From Alphaproteobacteria bacterium (GTDB lineage: Bacteria > Pseudomonadota > Alphaproteobacteria > UBA828), in NCBI GenBank assembly GCA_965220745.1, contig CBDCQT010000013.1:192001-256000 (forward strand): DNA of 64,000 nucleotides, written 5' to 3'. The notes under the pieces were generated by a model. The model did no database searches. It had not been told where the DNA came from and saw nothing but the letters and a program-made list of their open reading frames with translations. Shown in pieces: positions 33,199 through 41,197 of the stretch (position 1 is its first letter; every line of letters starts with the position of its first letter). The translations under genes were made by a program, and so were the position numbers.

Positions 33199-33924
33199 AT
33201 GACCTCCGATACGAATAACGCGCCCGTGCTGCTCGTGACCCACGTCACGGCCGCCGACGTGGGCGCGATCCCGGAGTTGCTCGCCGGCTTGGGGTGGCAA
33301 AGCCGGGTCATGCGGGCCAACAAGGGCGAGCCGTTCCCCACCGATGTCGAAGCGCTCGGCGGTGTGGTCAGCTTCGGCGGGCCGCAGAGCGCCAACGACG
33401 ACCACATCGACTACGTGCGTGCGGAACTCGACTGGATGCCGCGCGTGATGGCGGCGGGCGTGCCGCTGCTCGGCATCTGCCTCGGAGGCCAGATGGTGGC
33501 CCGCACTCTGGGCGCGACGGTGGGACCCGACCCCGACGGGCTCTACGAGTTTGGCTACTACCCGATCGAGCCGGTGGACGGCGCGGCCGAAGATCTAGCC
33601 TTCGACGGGACACTCACCGTGGCGCATCGACACGGCGAGGCGTTCACGATCCCCGCCGGCGCGCGCCGGTTGGCGCGGCGCGACGTGTTCGAGAACCAGG
33701 CGTTTCGCTACGGGGCGACAACCTGGGGTCTGCAGTTCCATCCGGAGGTCAACGACGCGGTGCTGGGGCGTTGGCTCGACCGCGATCCACCGCCCGAAGA
33801 CCTGGAGCGCAACGGCGCGCAGACGGTGGCGGTGCAGCGCGCCAAGCACGCGCGCTATCATCGGGCGATGCACGACTGGCTCGGGCGCTTTCTCGGACTC
33901 TGGCTGGCGAGCGCGGAACGCTGA
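33199..33924 (+). CDS. Class I glutamine amidotransferase-like protein
   Basis: FGGPQSAND, LGICLGGQ (Cys), LQFHPE (His-x-Glu). Confidence 0.88.
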   Translation: MTSDTNNAPVLLVTHVTAADVGAIPELLAGLGWQSRVMRANKGEPFPTDVEALGGVVSFGGPQSANDDHIDYVRAELDWMPRVMAAGVPLLGICLGGQMVARTLGATVGPDPDGLYEFGYYPIEPVDGAAEDLAFDGTLTVAHRHGEAFTIPAGARRLARRDVFENQAFRYGATTWGLQFHPEVNDAVLGRWLDRDPPPEDLERNGAQTVAVQRAKHARYHRAMHDWLGRFLGLWLASAER

Positions 33925-33925
33925 G

Positions 33926-34519
33926 ATGATCAAGAGCCTGATCGTCGGCGTGACCGGGGCGAGCGGCGCGGTCTACGGCGTGCGCCTGCTCGAGGTGCTG
34001 CACGAGATGCCGGTCGAAACCCACCTCGTCGTCAGCAAGTGGGGGCAGCGGACGCTGGAGCACGAGACCGGCCGCAGCCTCGGCGACCTGCGCGCGCTTT
34101 CGGATCATCATTACGGTGCGGGAGACATGGCGGCGCTGATGTCGTCGGGCTCGGCGTCCATCGACGGCATGGTGGTCGCCCCTTGCTCCGCTCGTAGCCT
34201 CGCGGCGATCGCCTGCGGGCTCAGCGAGAACCTGATCCACCGCGCGGCCGACGTCATGATCAAGGAGCGCCGGCCGCTCGTGCTCATGGTGCGCGAGACT
34301 CCGCTCAGTGCGATCCACCTGGAGAACATGCTCAAGCTGGCGCGGCTCGGCGTGACAATCCTGCCCCCCGTTCCGGCTTTCTACAACGAGCCGGGGTCAA
34401 TCGACGAGGTCGTCGATTACACCGTCGCAAGGGCGCTGGACCAGTTCGGGCTCAAAGTCGAACTGGGCGAGCGCTGGCGTGGCGGCCTTGTGCGTCGCGC
34501 GGCATCCTCAGAGGGCTGA
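33926..34519 (+). CDS. ubiX: Flavin prenyltransferase
   Basis: VGVTGASG, SSGS, APCS, RAADVMIKERR, RETPL, PPVPAFY. Confidence 0.93.
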   Translation: MIKSLIVGVTGASGAVYGVRLLEVLHEMPVETHLVVSKWGQRTLEHETGRSLGDLRALSDHHYGAGDMAALMSSGSASIDGMVVAPCSARSLAAIACGLSENLIHRAADVMIKERRPLVLMVRETPLSAIHLENMLKLARLGVTILPPVPAFYNEPGSIDEVVDYTVARALDQFGLKVELGERWRGGLVRRAASSEG

Positions 34520-34525
34520 TGTAAG

Positions 34526-34550
34526 TCGGGGCCGTATAGACCGGCCCCGA
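34526..34550. terminator. Hairpin between convergent ubiX and GPP34 genes
   Basis: TCGGGGCCG-tatagac-CGGCCCCGA. Confidence 0.55.
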
Positions 34551-34552
34551 AA

Positions 34553-35221
34553 TCAGAACGTGTGGGCTGCCGCGATCGCGATGGCCCGCTCGATATCGGC
34601 AATGGCGCCGGCCATCTCGCGCCCGATCAGGTCCATCTTGCGGATCTGCTCGATGCGGGGCTCGACCCGGTCGATCTCCCGCTTCGAGTAAATCGTCCGC
34701 AGGATGTTGCAGCTATCGACGAGGCAGATGAGGGCGACATCACGCGGATCGGGAATTTCGTCCGAGAACAGCACGTCCGAGATGCGCTTCTTCGCCTCCT
34801 GCTCCACCTTGCCGTCGATGGTGGGGTAACGGCGGGAGCGAAAGACCCAAAGGAATTTTTCCTCCTGACGCTGCAACACGCCGCGCTCCACCAGTTTTTC
34901 GAGCGCAGTCGCCCGAATCGTCGCGTCGTGACTGGCGGATGCTTCCTCGGCGGAGAGGGTCTCGATCCACGCCCTGCTGTCCGCCGAACTCTTCTCGCCA
35001 GCGATCCGGGCCAGCGTGCGGTCCAGCAGGGAATCGCCGGTCGGGTTGGTATCGATGACCATCAGTTGTTCGGGGTCGGTATCGATCCGGTTCGCGAACG
35101 CCAGGTCCATGAGGACCGCGCCCGTCAGCGCACGGTTGAGCGTGTGCTCGCTCACTGGCAGGAAGGTGCCGTTCTCGTCATGGAGAAGCAGCACCATGAT
35201 TTCTTCGTAGAATGTCAGCAT
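34553..35221 (-). CDS. GPP34 / GOLPH3-Vps74 family protein
   Basis: MLTFYEEIMVLLLHDENG, ALTGAVLMDLAFANRI, PTGDSLLD, LVERGVL..KFLWVFRSRRYP, PDPRDVALICL. Confidence 0.8.
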   Translation of the reverse strand: MLTFYEEIMVLLLHDENGTFLPVSEHTLNRALTGAVLMDLAFANRIDTDPEQLMVIDTNPTGDSLLDRTLARIAGEKSSADSRAWIETLSAEEASASHDATIRATALEKLVERGVLQRQEEKFLWVFRSRRYPTIDGKVEQEAKKRISDVLFSDEIPDPRDVALICLVDSCNILRTIYSKREIDRVEPRIEQIRKMDLIGREMAGAIADIERAIAIAAAHTF

Positions 35222-35272
35222 GGCACCGAATTCCGGGGTCAGGTCAGGGCTGGAGACTGCGAGGACGGCACC

Positions 35273-35608
35273 TCATGCAAGCGCCGCAATAGCCGCCTCG
35301 CTTGTGTCGTGGCACTCGATGATCGCTAGAAATCCACTCATTTCCATGACCGATCGACAATCGGGTTGCAGGGCGGCCACGGTCAGTTTCCCGCCGCCTT
35401 GCTGGCATTTCCTCGCGCTAACCAGCAATGCCCGCAGCCCCGCGCTGCTCACGTAACCCATCTCCGCGCAATCCAGTGCCACACGAACGTCTCCACGCTC
35501 CACAATCGCAGTAATCGTGGCCTCCAGATCCGGCGCAGTCACTCCGTCCAGGCGGCCGTTAAGGGAGACGACGACAGCTGCTCCCTCGGTCCTTTCAACA
35601 ATGTCCAT
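35273..35608 (-). CDS. STAS-domain anti-sigma factor antagonist
   Basis: LNGRLDGVTAPDL, LDCAEMGYVSSAGLRALL (phospho-Ser motif), VMEMSGF. Confidence 0.9.
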   Translation of the reverse strand: MDIVERTEGAAVVVSLNGRLDGVTAPDLEATITAIVERGDVRVALDCAEMGYVSSAGLRALLVSARKCQQGGGKLTVAALQPDCRSVMEMSGFLAIIECHDTSEAAIAALA

Positions 35609-35660
35609 CGCGGCCTCGCCCTCCGCTTTGGGTTACCCGCGCTCGGCGGCACGCGGGACA

Positions 35661-35690
35661 AAGATACGCTGTTCGAGTCGTTTTCTGCAA
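35661..35690 (-). promoter_or_regulatory. Putative promoter TTGCAG-N18-TATCTT for STAS-GPP34
   Basis: Read on the minus strand between the MFS stop and the STAS start. Confidence 0.45.
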
Positions 35691-35693
35691 TGG

Positions 35694-36926
35694 TCAGACG
35701 CCGCCGCCGTCACGCCAGAGTCGAGGCCAGCTGAGGCCGAGGAGGAAGGCGGCGACCAATCCTTCCGCCGCAACGATGCGCACGGCATTGGCGCCGCCAA
35801 AAAGCTCGCCCATGAGGCCGATATTGGTGAAGCCGATCACGCCTGCGCCGATGGTGAGCGAGAGGATGCCGAGCAGCCGGCCACGCATCTCTGGCGGCGC
35901 CATTCCGTAAATCAAGACGGTCTGCATGGTGGAGAAGCCCGCCGCACCGAGGCCGACGAAGAAGATCACGATCGCCATCGGCGCGACATCCGTCATCCAG
36001 CTCGCGACGAAGGCGAGCGCGGAGTAACTCGCCGTGCCGAAGAAGTAGAGGCGCCGGTACGCCCCCGGCCGCACGCCGAGGGCGGCGATCAAGAGTGCAC
36101 CGGCAAAGGCACCGCCACCCTCCAGCGCGGCAAGGCCACCGATGGCGGCGGCATTCAGGCCGAGGTTCTCAGTGCCAATGACTGGGATCATCGAGACGAA
36201 GGGGAAGCCCCAGATGTTGAAGATCACCGTGACATAGAGGATGCGGCGGACCTCGGGCTCCTGCGCGAGAAAGCGAAAACCCTCACGAAAATCGCCCAGC
36301 AGCCTCGCGGAGCGCTGCCCGACACTGGAAGCAGCGAAGGCCTTGGGCACGCCAGGCGTCAGGATCAGGCAAAGCGCATAGAGCGCTGCCGCCAGGCCAA
36401 AGGCGCCGCCGAGGCCCAGCCACTGATAGAGCAGCCCGCCGAACAACGGACCAATGAGCCGCATGGCGTTGCTGGTGGCACTGTCGAGGCTCATGCCGGC
36501 GGCGATCCGCTCCGCCCCGGCAGCATCGCCGATCATCCGCCGCCTGACCGGCATGTCCGTGGTCCAGACGACGCCGGAGAGGAAGGTCGCGAGCGCAATG
36601 TGCCAATAGGCGGCGATGCCCGAGAGCGCGAGGCTGAGAACGGCGAGAGAGACCAGCGCCGCGAGCCCGAGCGAGCTATAGAGCAGAATGCGCGGGGCCA
36701 GGCGATCGGCGAAGGTGCCGACAATGGGGCCGAACACGGCGAGCGGCAGCATCCGCAGAATGACGAGAAGCGCCACCAGCACCGGCGACCCCGTCGTCTC
36801 GACGGCGAAGACGCCGACCACCAGCAGCTCGAGCCATCGGGAGCCCATGCTGAGGAGGCCGATGAGCCAAAGGCGCAGATAGAGGCGATCGCCCAGAAGC
36901 TCGGTCAGCCGGCGCGGCAGGATCAT
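35694..36926 (-). CDS. MFS transporter
   Basis: About 12 hydrophobic segments, GTFADRLAPR motif A, PPEMRGR. Confidence 0.9.
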   Translation of the reverse strand: MILPRRLTELLGDRLYLRLWLIGLLSMGSRWLELLVVGVFAVETTGSPVLVALLVILRMLPLAVFGPIVGTFADRLAPRILLYSSLGLAALVSLAVLSLALSGIAAYWHIALATFLSGVVWTTDMPVRRRMIGDAAGAERIAAGMSLDSATSNAMRLIGPLFGGLLYQWLGLGGAFGLAAALYALCLILTPGVPKAFAASSVGQRSARLLGDFREGFRFLAQEPEVRRILYVTVIFNIWGFPFVSMIPVIGTENLGLNAAAIGGLAALEGGGAFAGALLIAALGVRPGAYRRLYFFGTASYSALAFVASWMTDVAPMAIVIFFVGLGAAGFSTMQTVLIYGMAPPEMRGRLLGILSLTIGAGVIGFTNIGLMGELFGGANAVRIVAAEGLVAAFLLGLSWPRLWRDGGGV

Positions 36927-37101
36927 CGATGGCGACTCGCGTTGGGCGGCAGGGTTGAGGGGACAGAGAGCCAGTCGGCTGCCCGATCGGGCAATGGTAC
37001 GCGCGGCTCCGAAGGCGCCGGCAGGGCGCCACTATGACATGAACCAGGGCGGATTGAAGTGCTGGGGCCTGGCTGGCGCCGTTCGGCGCGTATTCTGGCG
37101 T

Positions 37102-37136
37102 TGTAAGCGTTGATTGCATTGAAATCAACGCTTACA
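37102..37136. promoter_or_regulatory. 14-bp perfect inverted repeat, putative FitA/VapB operator
   Basis: TGTAAGCGTTGATT-gcattga-AATCAACGCTTACA, 32 nt upstream of the antitoxin ATG. Confidence 0.7.
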
Positions 37137-37168
37137 GTACTAGGACGGATAGCGATGGGGTTGGTGCA

Positions 37169-37411
37169 ATGGCTAGCATTACAATCCGTAACCTCGACGA
37201 TCGCGTGAAGACGCGGCTGCGAATTCGTGCGGCCGAGCGCGGACGTTCGATGGAGGAAGAAGCCCGGGTTATCCTGCGGGATGCAGTTGGGGCGGAGGCC
37301 CGAACGGACAACCTCGCCAGTGCCATCCGCGCGCGCTTCGCCCCGTTCGGCGGCGTGGAGCTTGATCTCCCGCCGCGCCAGCCCATTCGCGAGCCGCCCA
37401 GCTTCGATTGA
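37169..37411 (+). CDS. FitA-like ribbon-helix-helix antitoxin
   Basis: MASITIRNLDDRVKTRLRIRAAERGRSMEEEARVIL. Confidence 0.9.
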   Translation: MASITIRNLDDRVKTRLRIRAAERGRSMEEEARVILRDAVGAEARTDNLASAIRARFAPFGGVELDLPPRQPIREPPSFD

Positions 37412-37420
37412 CGGCTGTCG

Positions 37421-37843
37421 ATGTTCGTCTTGGACACCAATGTCGTCTCCGAATTGATGCGCGCGACACCCGAGCCTGCTGTCCAGGTGTGGGTGGCGGT
37501 GCGCCGGGCGGGGGACATGTATTTCTCGGCCGTCAGCGAAGCGGAGCTCCGTTATGGGGTTGCGATCCTGCCTATAGGCCGACGACGGGACGCGCTCGCC
37601 GAAGCGGTCGATGGGTTGGTGCGAGAGGACTTCGCCGGTCGAGTACTGTCGTTCGACAGCCCGGCGGCGCAGGCCTACGCGGAGATTGCGGCGGCGCGCC
37701 GTGCTGCCGGACGACCGGTTTGCCAGGCCGATTGCCAGATTGCGGCGATCGCGCAGGCGCACGGCTTCGCGGTAGCCACCCGCAACGTGCGCGATTTCGC
37801 CGGTATGGGTATCGAGGTCGTCGACCCATGGGCGGGTGTGTGA
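37421..37843 (+). CDS. vapC: VapC/FitB PIN-domain toxin
   Basis: LDTNVVSE, SEAELRYG, ADCQIAAIA, ATRNVRDF. Confidence 0.92.
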   Translation: MFVLDTNVVSELMRATPEPAVQVWVAVRRAGDMYFSAVSEAELRYGVAILPIGRRRDALAEAVDGLVREDFAGRVLSFDSPAAQAYAEIAAARRAAGRPVCQADCQIAAIAQAHGFAVATRNVRDFAGMGIEVVDPWAGV

Positions 37844-37938
37844 ACGGAGTCACCGCGGTGCTTACCTCCGGTTGCCTCCCCGTGACGCATGGTGAATTGT
37901 CCCCGCGACAGGACCGCCGGACGTACAAAGGGGGCCGC

Positions 37939-39027
37939 GTGCCGAAAATCGACAAGCTGGAAATCGACCTGTTCCGCCTGCCACTGCCGGTGGCGATGGG
38001 TGCCGCGGCTGCGGGCGTGATGACCGCCTTCGACATGGTGACAGCGCGGATCACGGACAGCGACGGCGTCTCCGGCGTGGGCTACACCGTGGCGCACCAA
38101 GGGCAGGGCGGCCCCATCGCGGCGCTGTGCGACGGGTCTTTCCGGTCGAGTGTCGAGGGCCGCGATCCTGACCTGATCGAGACCATCTGGCGGGACATCT
38201 ACAAGCGCCACCACTATGCCGGCCGGGGCGGGCCCGTGGCCTTTGCCATGGCGGCAGTGGATGTCGCGCTCTGGGATATGAAGGGCAACCGGCTCGGCAC
38301 GCCTCTCTGGCGGCTGCTCGGCGGTGCCAATCCCTCGGTCAGGGCCTATGCCGGCAACATCGACCTGAACTTCCCGGTGGACAGGCTGCTGGAAGGCGGT
38401 ATGGCGAGCGTCGAGCAGGGCTTCCGCTCAGTCAAGATGCGGCTCGGCCGCCCGACCCTCGCCGAGGACATCGCCCGCGTCGAGGCGATGCGCAACCACC
38501 TGCCCGACGAGATCGAGCTGATGGCGGACGCGAACGAGGCCTGGCGGGTGGATCAGGCGGTCCGTGCCATGACGCTGCTCGAGCCCTTCGACCTGGTCTG
38601 GCTGGAGGAGCCCATCGCGCCGGACAATACCGCCGGCTACGCCCATCTGCGCTCGCTCGGCAAGGTGCCGCTGGCAGCGGGCGAGAACCACCACACGCTC
38701 GCGGAGTTCGCGGCGCTGATCGGCGCCGGCGGGGTCGATTTTCCGGAGCCCGACCTCACCACCTGCGGCGGCATCACGCCCTTCATGAAGATCGCGCACC
38801 TCGCCGAGGCGCACGGCCTGCCGGTGACGAGCCACGGCGTGCACGACCTGCACATCCACCTGCTGGCGGCGGCCCCTAACGCGGCCTATCTGGAGTGGCA
38901 CGCCTTCGGCCACGACAGGTTCATGGAGGAACCGCTGACGGTCGAGGACGGCTACGCCCGCGCGCCGGACCGGCCGGGCCACGGCATCGTATTCGACTGG
39001 CAGGCTCTCGCCGCCCACCGGCCATAG
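37939..39027 (+). CDS. Mandelate racemase/muconate lactonizing enzyme family protein
   Basis: AVDVALWD, metal ligands ADAN/WLEEP/AGEN, GGIT, SHG; GTG start 37939. Confidence 0.9.
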   Translation: MPKIDKLEIDLFRLPLPVAMGAAAAGVMTAFDMVTARITDSDGVSGVGYTVAHQGQGGPIAALCDGSFRSSVEGRDPDLIETIWRDIYKRHHYAGRGGPVAFAMAAVDVALWDMKGNRLGTPLWRLLGGANPSVRAYAGNIDLNFPVDRLLEGGMASVEQGFRSVKMRLGRPTLAEDIARVEAMRNHLPDEIELMADANEAWRVDQAVRAMTLLEPFDLVWLEEPIAPDNTAGYAHLRSLGKVPLAAGENHHTLAEFAALIGAGGVDFPEPDLTTCGGITPFMKIAHLAEAHGLPVTSHGVHDLHIHLLAAAPNAAYLEWHAFGHDRFMEEPLTVEDGYARAPDRPGHGIVFDWQALAAHRP

Positions 39028-39056
39028 CGCGCCTAACGCCTTGAGCCAGTCGGCCT

Positions 39057-39086
39057 CATCCCGGACTATCCCGGCATATCCCGAAT
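39057..39086. repeat. Three tandem 10-bp imperfect direct repeats
   Basis: catcccggac|tatcccggca|tatcccgaat in the intergenic gap upstream of the isochorismatase gene. Confidence 0.6.
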
Positions 39087-39122
39087 TGGACCGTCTTTCG
39101 GGCGTGGAGAGGGAGGTGCGCG

Positions 39123-39836
39123 ATGGGTGACAGCGAGAGGGGCAACGTCAAGGAGGGGTGGAGCGCCTGGTGGAGCTTCGCGCGCATCCCCGAGTTCCCG
39201 GTGGAGGCGGAGAAGACCGCGCTCATCGTGATCGACATGACCTACCAGCAGGCCCATCGCGACTACGGGCTTTGCAAGCGGATCATCGAGGCAGGACTGG
39301 AGGACGACCTTGCCTACTACCTCGATCGGATCGACCGCGTGGTTATACCGAACCTGGTGGAGCTCATCGCGGCGTTCCGTGAGGTGGGTGCGCCGGTGAT
39401 CTACACGCGCTGCGCCTCGCTGGTGGGCGACGGCTCGGACCAGACTTGGCGTCACCGCCACTTCGGTGTGGTCACCACCGTCGACTCCAAGGACGCGCAG
39501 ATTCTCGCGCCGCTCGCGCCGCACGAGGGCGACATCATGCTGACCAAGTCGGGCTCGGCGGTGTTCCCCTCCACCAACTGCGAACATCTGCTGCGCGTGA
39601 AGGGGATCACCACCATCGTGGTGAGCGGCATCTTCACCAACAGCTGCGTCGAGGGCACGATCCGGCTCGCGGGCGATCTCGATTTCCGCTGCCTGATGCC
39701 CGAGGACTCGTGCGCCGCCATGTCGCCGAGCGGGCACGCCAACGCGGTCGAGTATCTCGACGGCAACTTCTGCCACGTGAAGCCGACGGCGGAGATCGTC
39801 CGCCTGCTAGGCGAAAGGCAGGGCGCGGCAGCCTGA
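39123..39836 (+). CDS. Isochorismatase-family cysteine hydrolase
   Basis: TALIVIDM (Asp), LTKSG (Lys), GIFTNSCVE (Cys). Confidence 0.9.
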   Translation: MGDSERGNVKEGWSAWWSFARIPEFPVEAEKTALIVIDMTYQQAHRDYGLCKRIIEAGLEDDLAYYLDRIDRVVIPNLVELIAAFREVGAPVIYTRCASLVGDGSDQTWRHRHFGVVTTVDSKDAQILAPLAPHEGDIMLTKSGSAVFPSTNCEHLLRVKGITTIVVSGIFTNSCVEGTIRLAGDLDFRCLMPEDSCAAMSPSGHANAVEYLDGNFCHVKPTAEIVRLLGERQGAAA

Positions 39837-39838
39837 CG

Positions 39839-41011
39839 CTAATCCGCTTGGCGGATAACACCGTCGCGGGCGAGCGCCGCGCAGGCGGCCTCGTCGTAGC
39901 CGATCTCTCGCAGGATCGCGGTGCTGTGCTGGCCGAGGGCGGGCACGTCCGTCTCGATGCGCCCCGGCTCCTCCCGGAACTTGATCGGGATGCCGAGGTG
40001 TGAGGCGCCGTCGCTGTCCCGTTCGAGCATGTCGCGCGCGGCGAGGTGGGGGTCGTCGAAGGCCTGCTTGAGGTCGAGGACCGGCGCGAAGCAGATGTCG
40101 CGGCCGGCGAACCACTCGACCCACTCGGCCTGGGTGCGGGTGGCAAAGGTCTCTTCCAGGAAGGCGTGGAGCGGGGCCTGCGCCGGGCCTGCGGGCTCGC
40201 GGCCGAGCGGGATCAGGTCCGGCCGACCCACCCCCTCCAGGAAGTTGACGACGAACTTCATCTCGCCGCCGCCCAGGGTGATGTAGCGGCCGTCCCCGGT
40301 GCGGTAAGGGCGGTAGAACGCGGCGCCGCCCTGCGTGCGCTCGGCAGAGGGGTCCGGCGCGCGGCCGTCAACGAACACGTGGCCGGCGACATGCGAGGTC
40401 CATGACACCACCGTGTCGAACATGGAGAGGTCGAGGTAGTCGCCGTGCCCGGTGGTCTGGCGGCGCAGCAGGGCCATGAGAATGCCGGCGAGCGCCATGA
40501 GCGAGCCTCCCATGTCCGACGGCGGCAGGCAGGCCATGGCGGGCTTGCCGTTGCCATCGACGCTGAGGCTGGCGACGCCGGCGAGCGCGTTGACGCTGAG
40601 GTCGTGGGCCGGGCGGTCGCGGTAGGGTCCGGACTGACCGAAGGCGGAGATGGAGGCATAGACGACCTGGGGCGCGCGTGCCTGTACGGCCTCGTAGCCA
40701 ATCCCCAGGCGATCGACCACGCCAGGGCGGAATGTCTCCAGCACCACGTCGGCGGTCTCCGCGAGGCGCATGAAGGCCTCGCGCCCGGCCTCGCTCTTGA
40801 GATCGACCGCGAGGCTGCGCTTGCCCCGGTTCGCGTTGCGGAAATAGACCGTGTGGCCGGCCTCGACAGGTCCGATGACGCGCGCGGGATCGCCGCCCTT
40901 CGGGTCCTCGACCTTGATCACGTCGGCGCCGTGGTCGGCCATCATCATCGCGAGATGCGGGCCGGGCAGAAACCGGGAGAGGTCCAGCACCCTGATCCCT
41001 TCGAGCTTCAT
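39839..41011 (-). CDS. CaiB/BaiF family III CoA-transferase
   Basis: MKLEGIRVLDLSRFLPGP, ANRGKRS, ETFRPG, SAFGQSGP, PAHD; real start 41011 inside track ORF 39839..42376. Confidence 0.92.
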   Translation of the reverse strand: MKLEGIRVLDLSRFLPGPHLAMMMADHGADVIKVEDPKGGDPARVIGPVEAGHTVYFRNANRGKRSLAVDLKSEAGREAFMRLAETADVVLETFRPGVVDRLGIGYEAVQARAPQVVYASISAFGQSGPYRDRPAHDLSVNALAGVASLSVDGNGKPAMACLPPSDMGGSLMALAGILMALLRRQTTGHGDYLDLSMFDTVVSWTSHVAGHVFVDGRAPDPSAERTQGGAAFYRPYRTGDGRYITLGGGEMKFVVNFLEGVGRPDLIPLGREPAGPAQAPLHAFLEETFATRTQAEWVEWFAGRDICFAPVLDLKQAFDDPHLAARDMLERDSDGASHLGIPIKFREEPGRIETDVPALGQHSTAILREIGYDEAACAALARDGVIRQAD

Positions 41012-41197
41012 GGGTCGCCTCCATGCGCGGGTTCGCTCTCGCCTGGCGCCGACATACCCCGTGATCATCGCGTGCGCCATGGCGCCGAAGCCCGAGCCAG
41101 AGCACTCGCGCAGAGGTGAGGGGGATGTCATTGGCCGGGCGCGGAGCGTGCCGCTAAGGTCAGTCTCGATCGCGCACCGAGTCGCCCAGAGAACGCC

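Noticed and set aside
37408-39027. Apparent fusion of the vapC region with the racemase-family enzyme
   Set aside because: The 5' part is an off-frame read of vapC; the enzyme begins at GTG 37939
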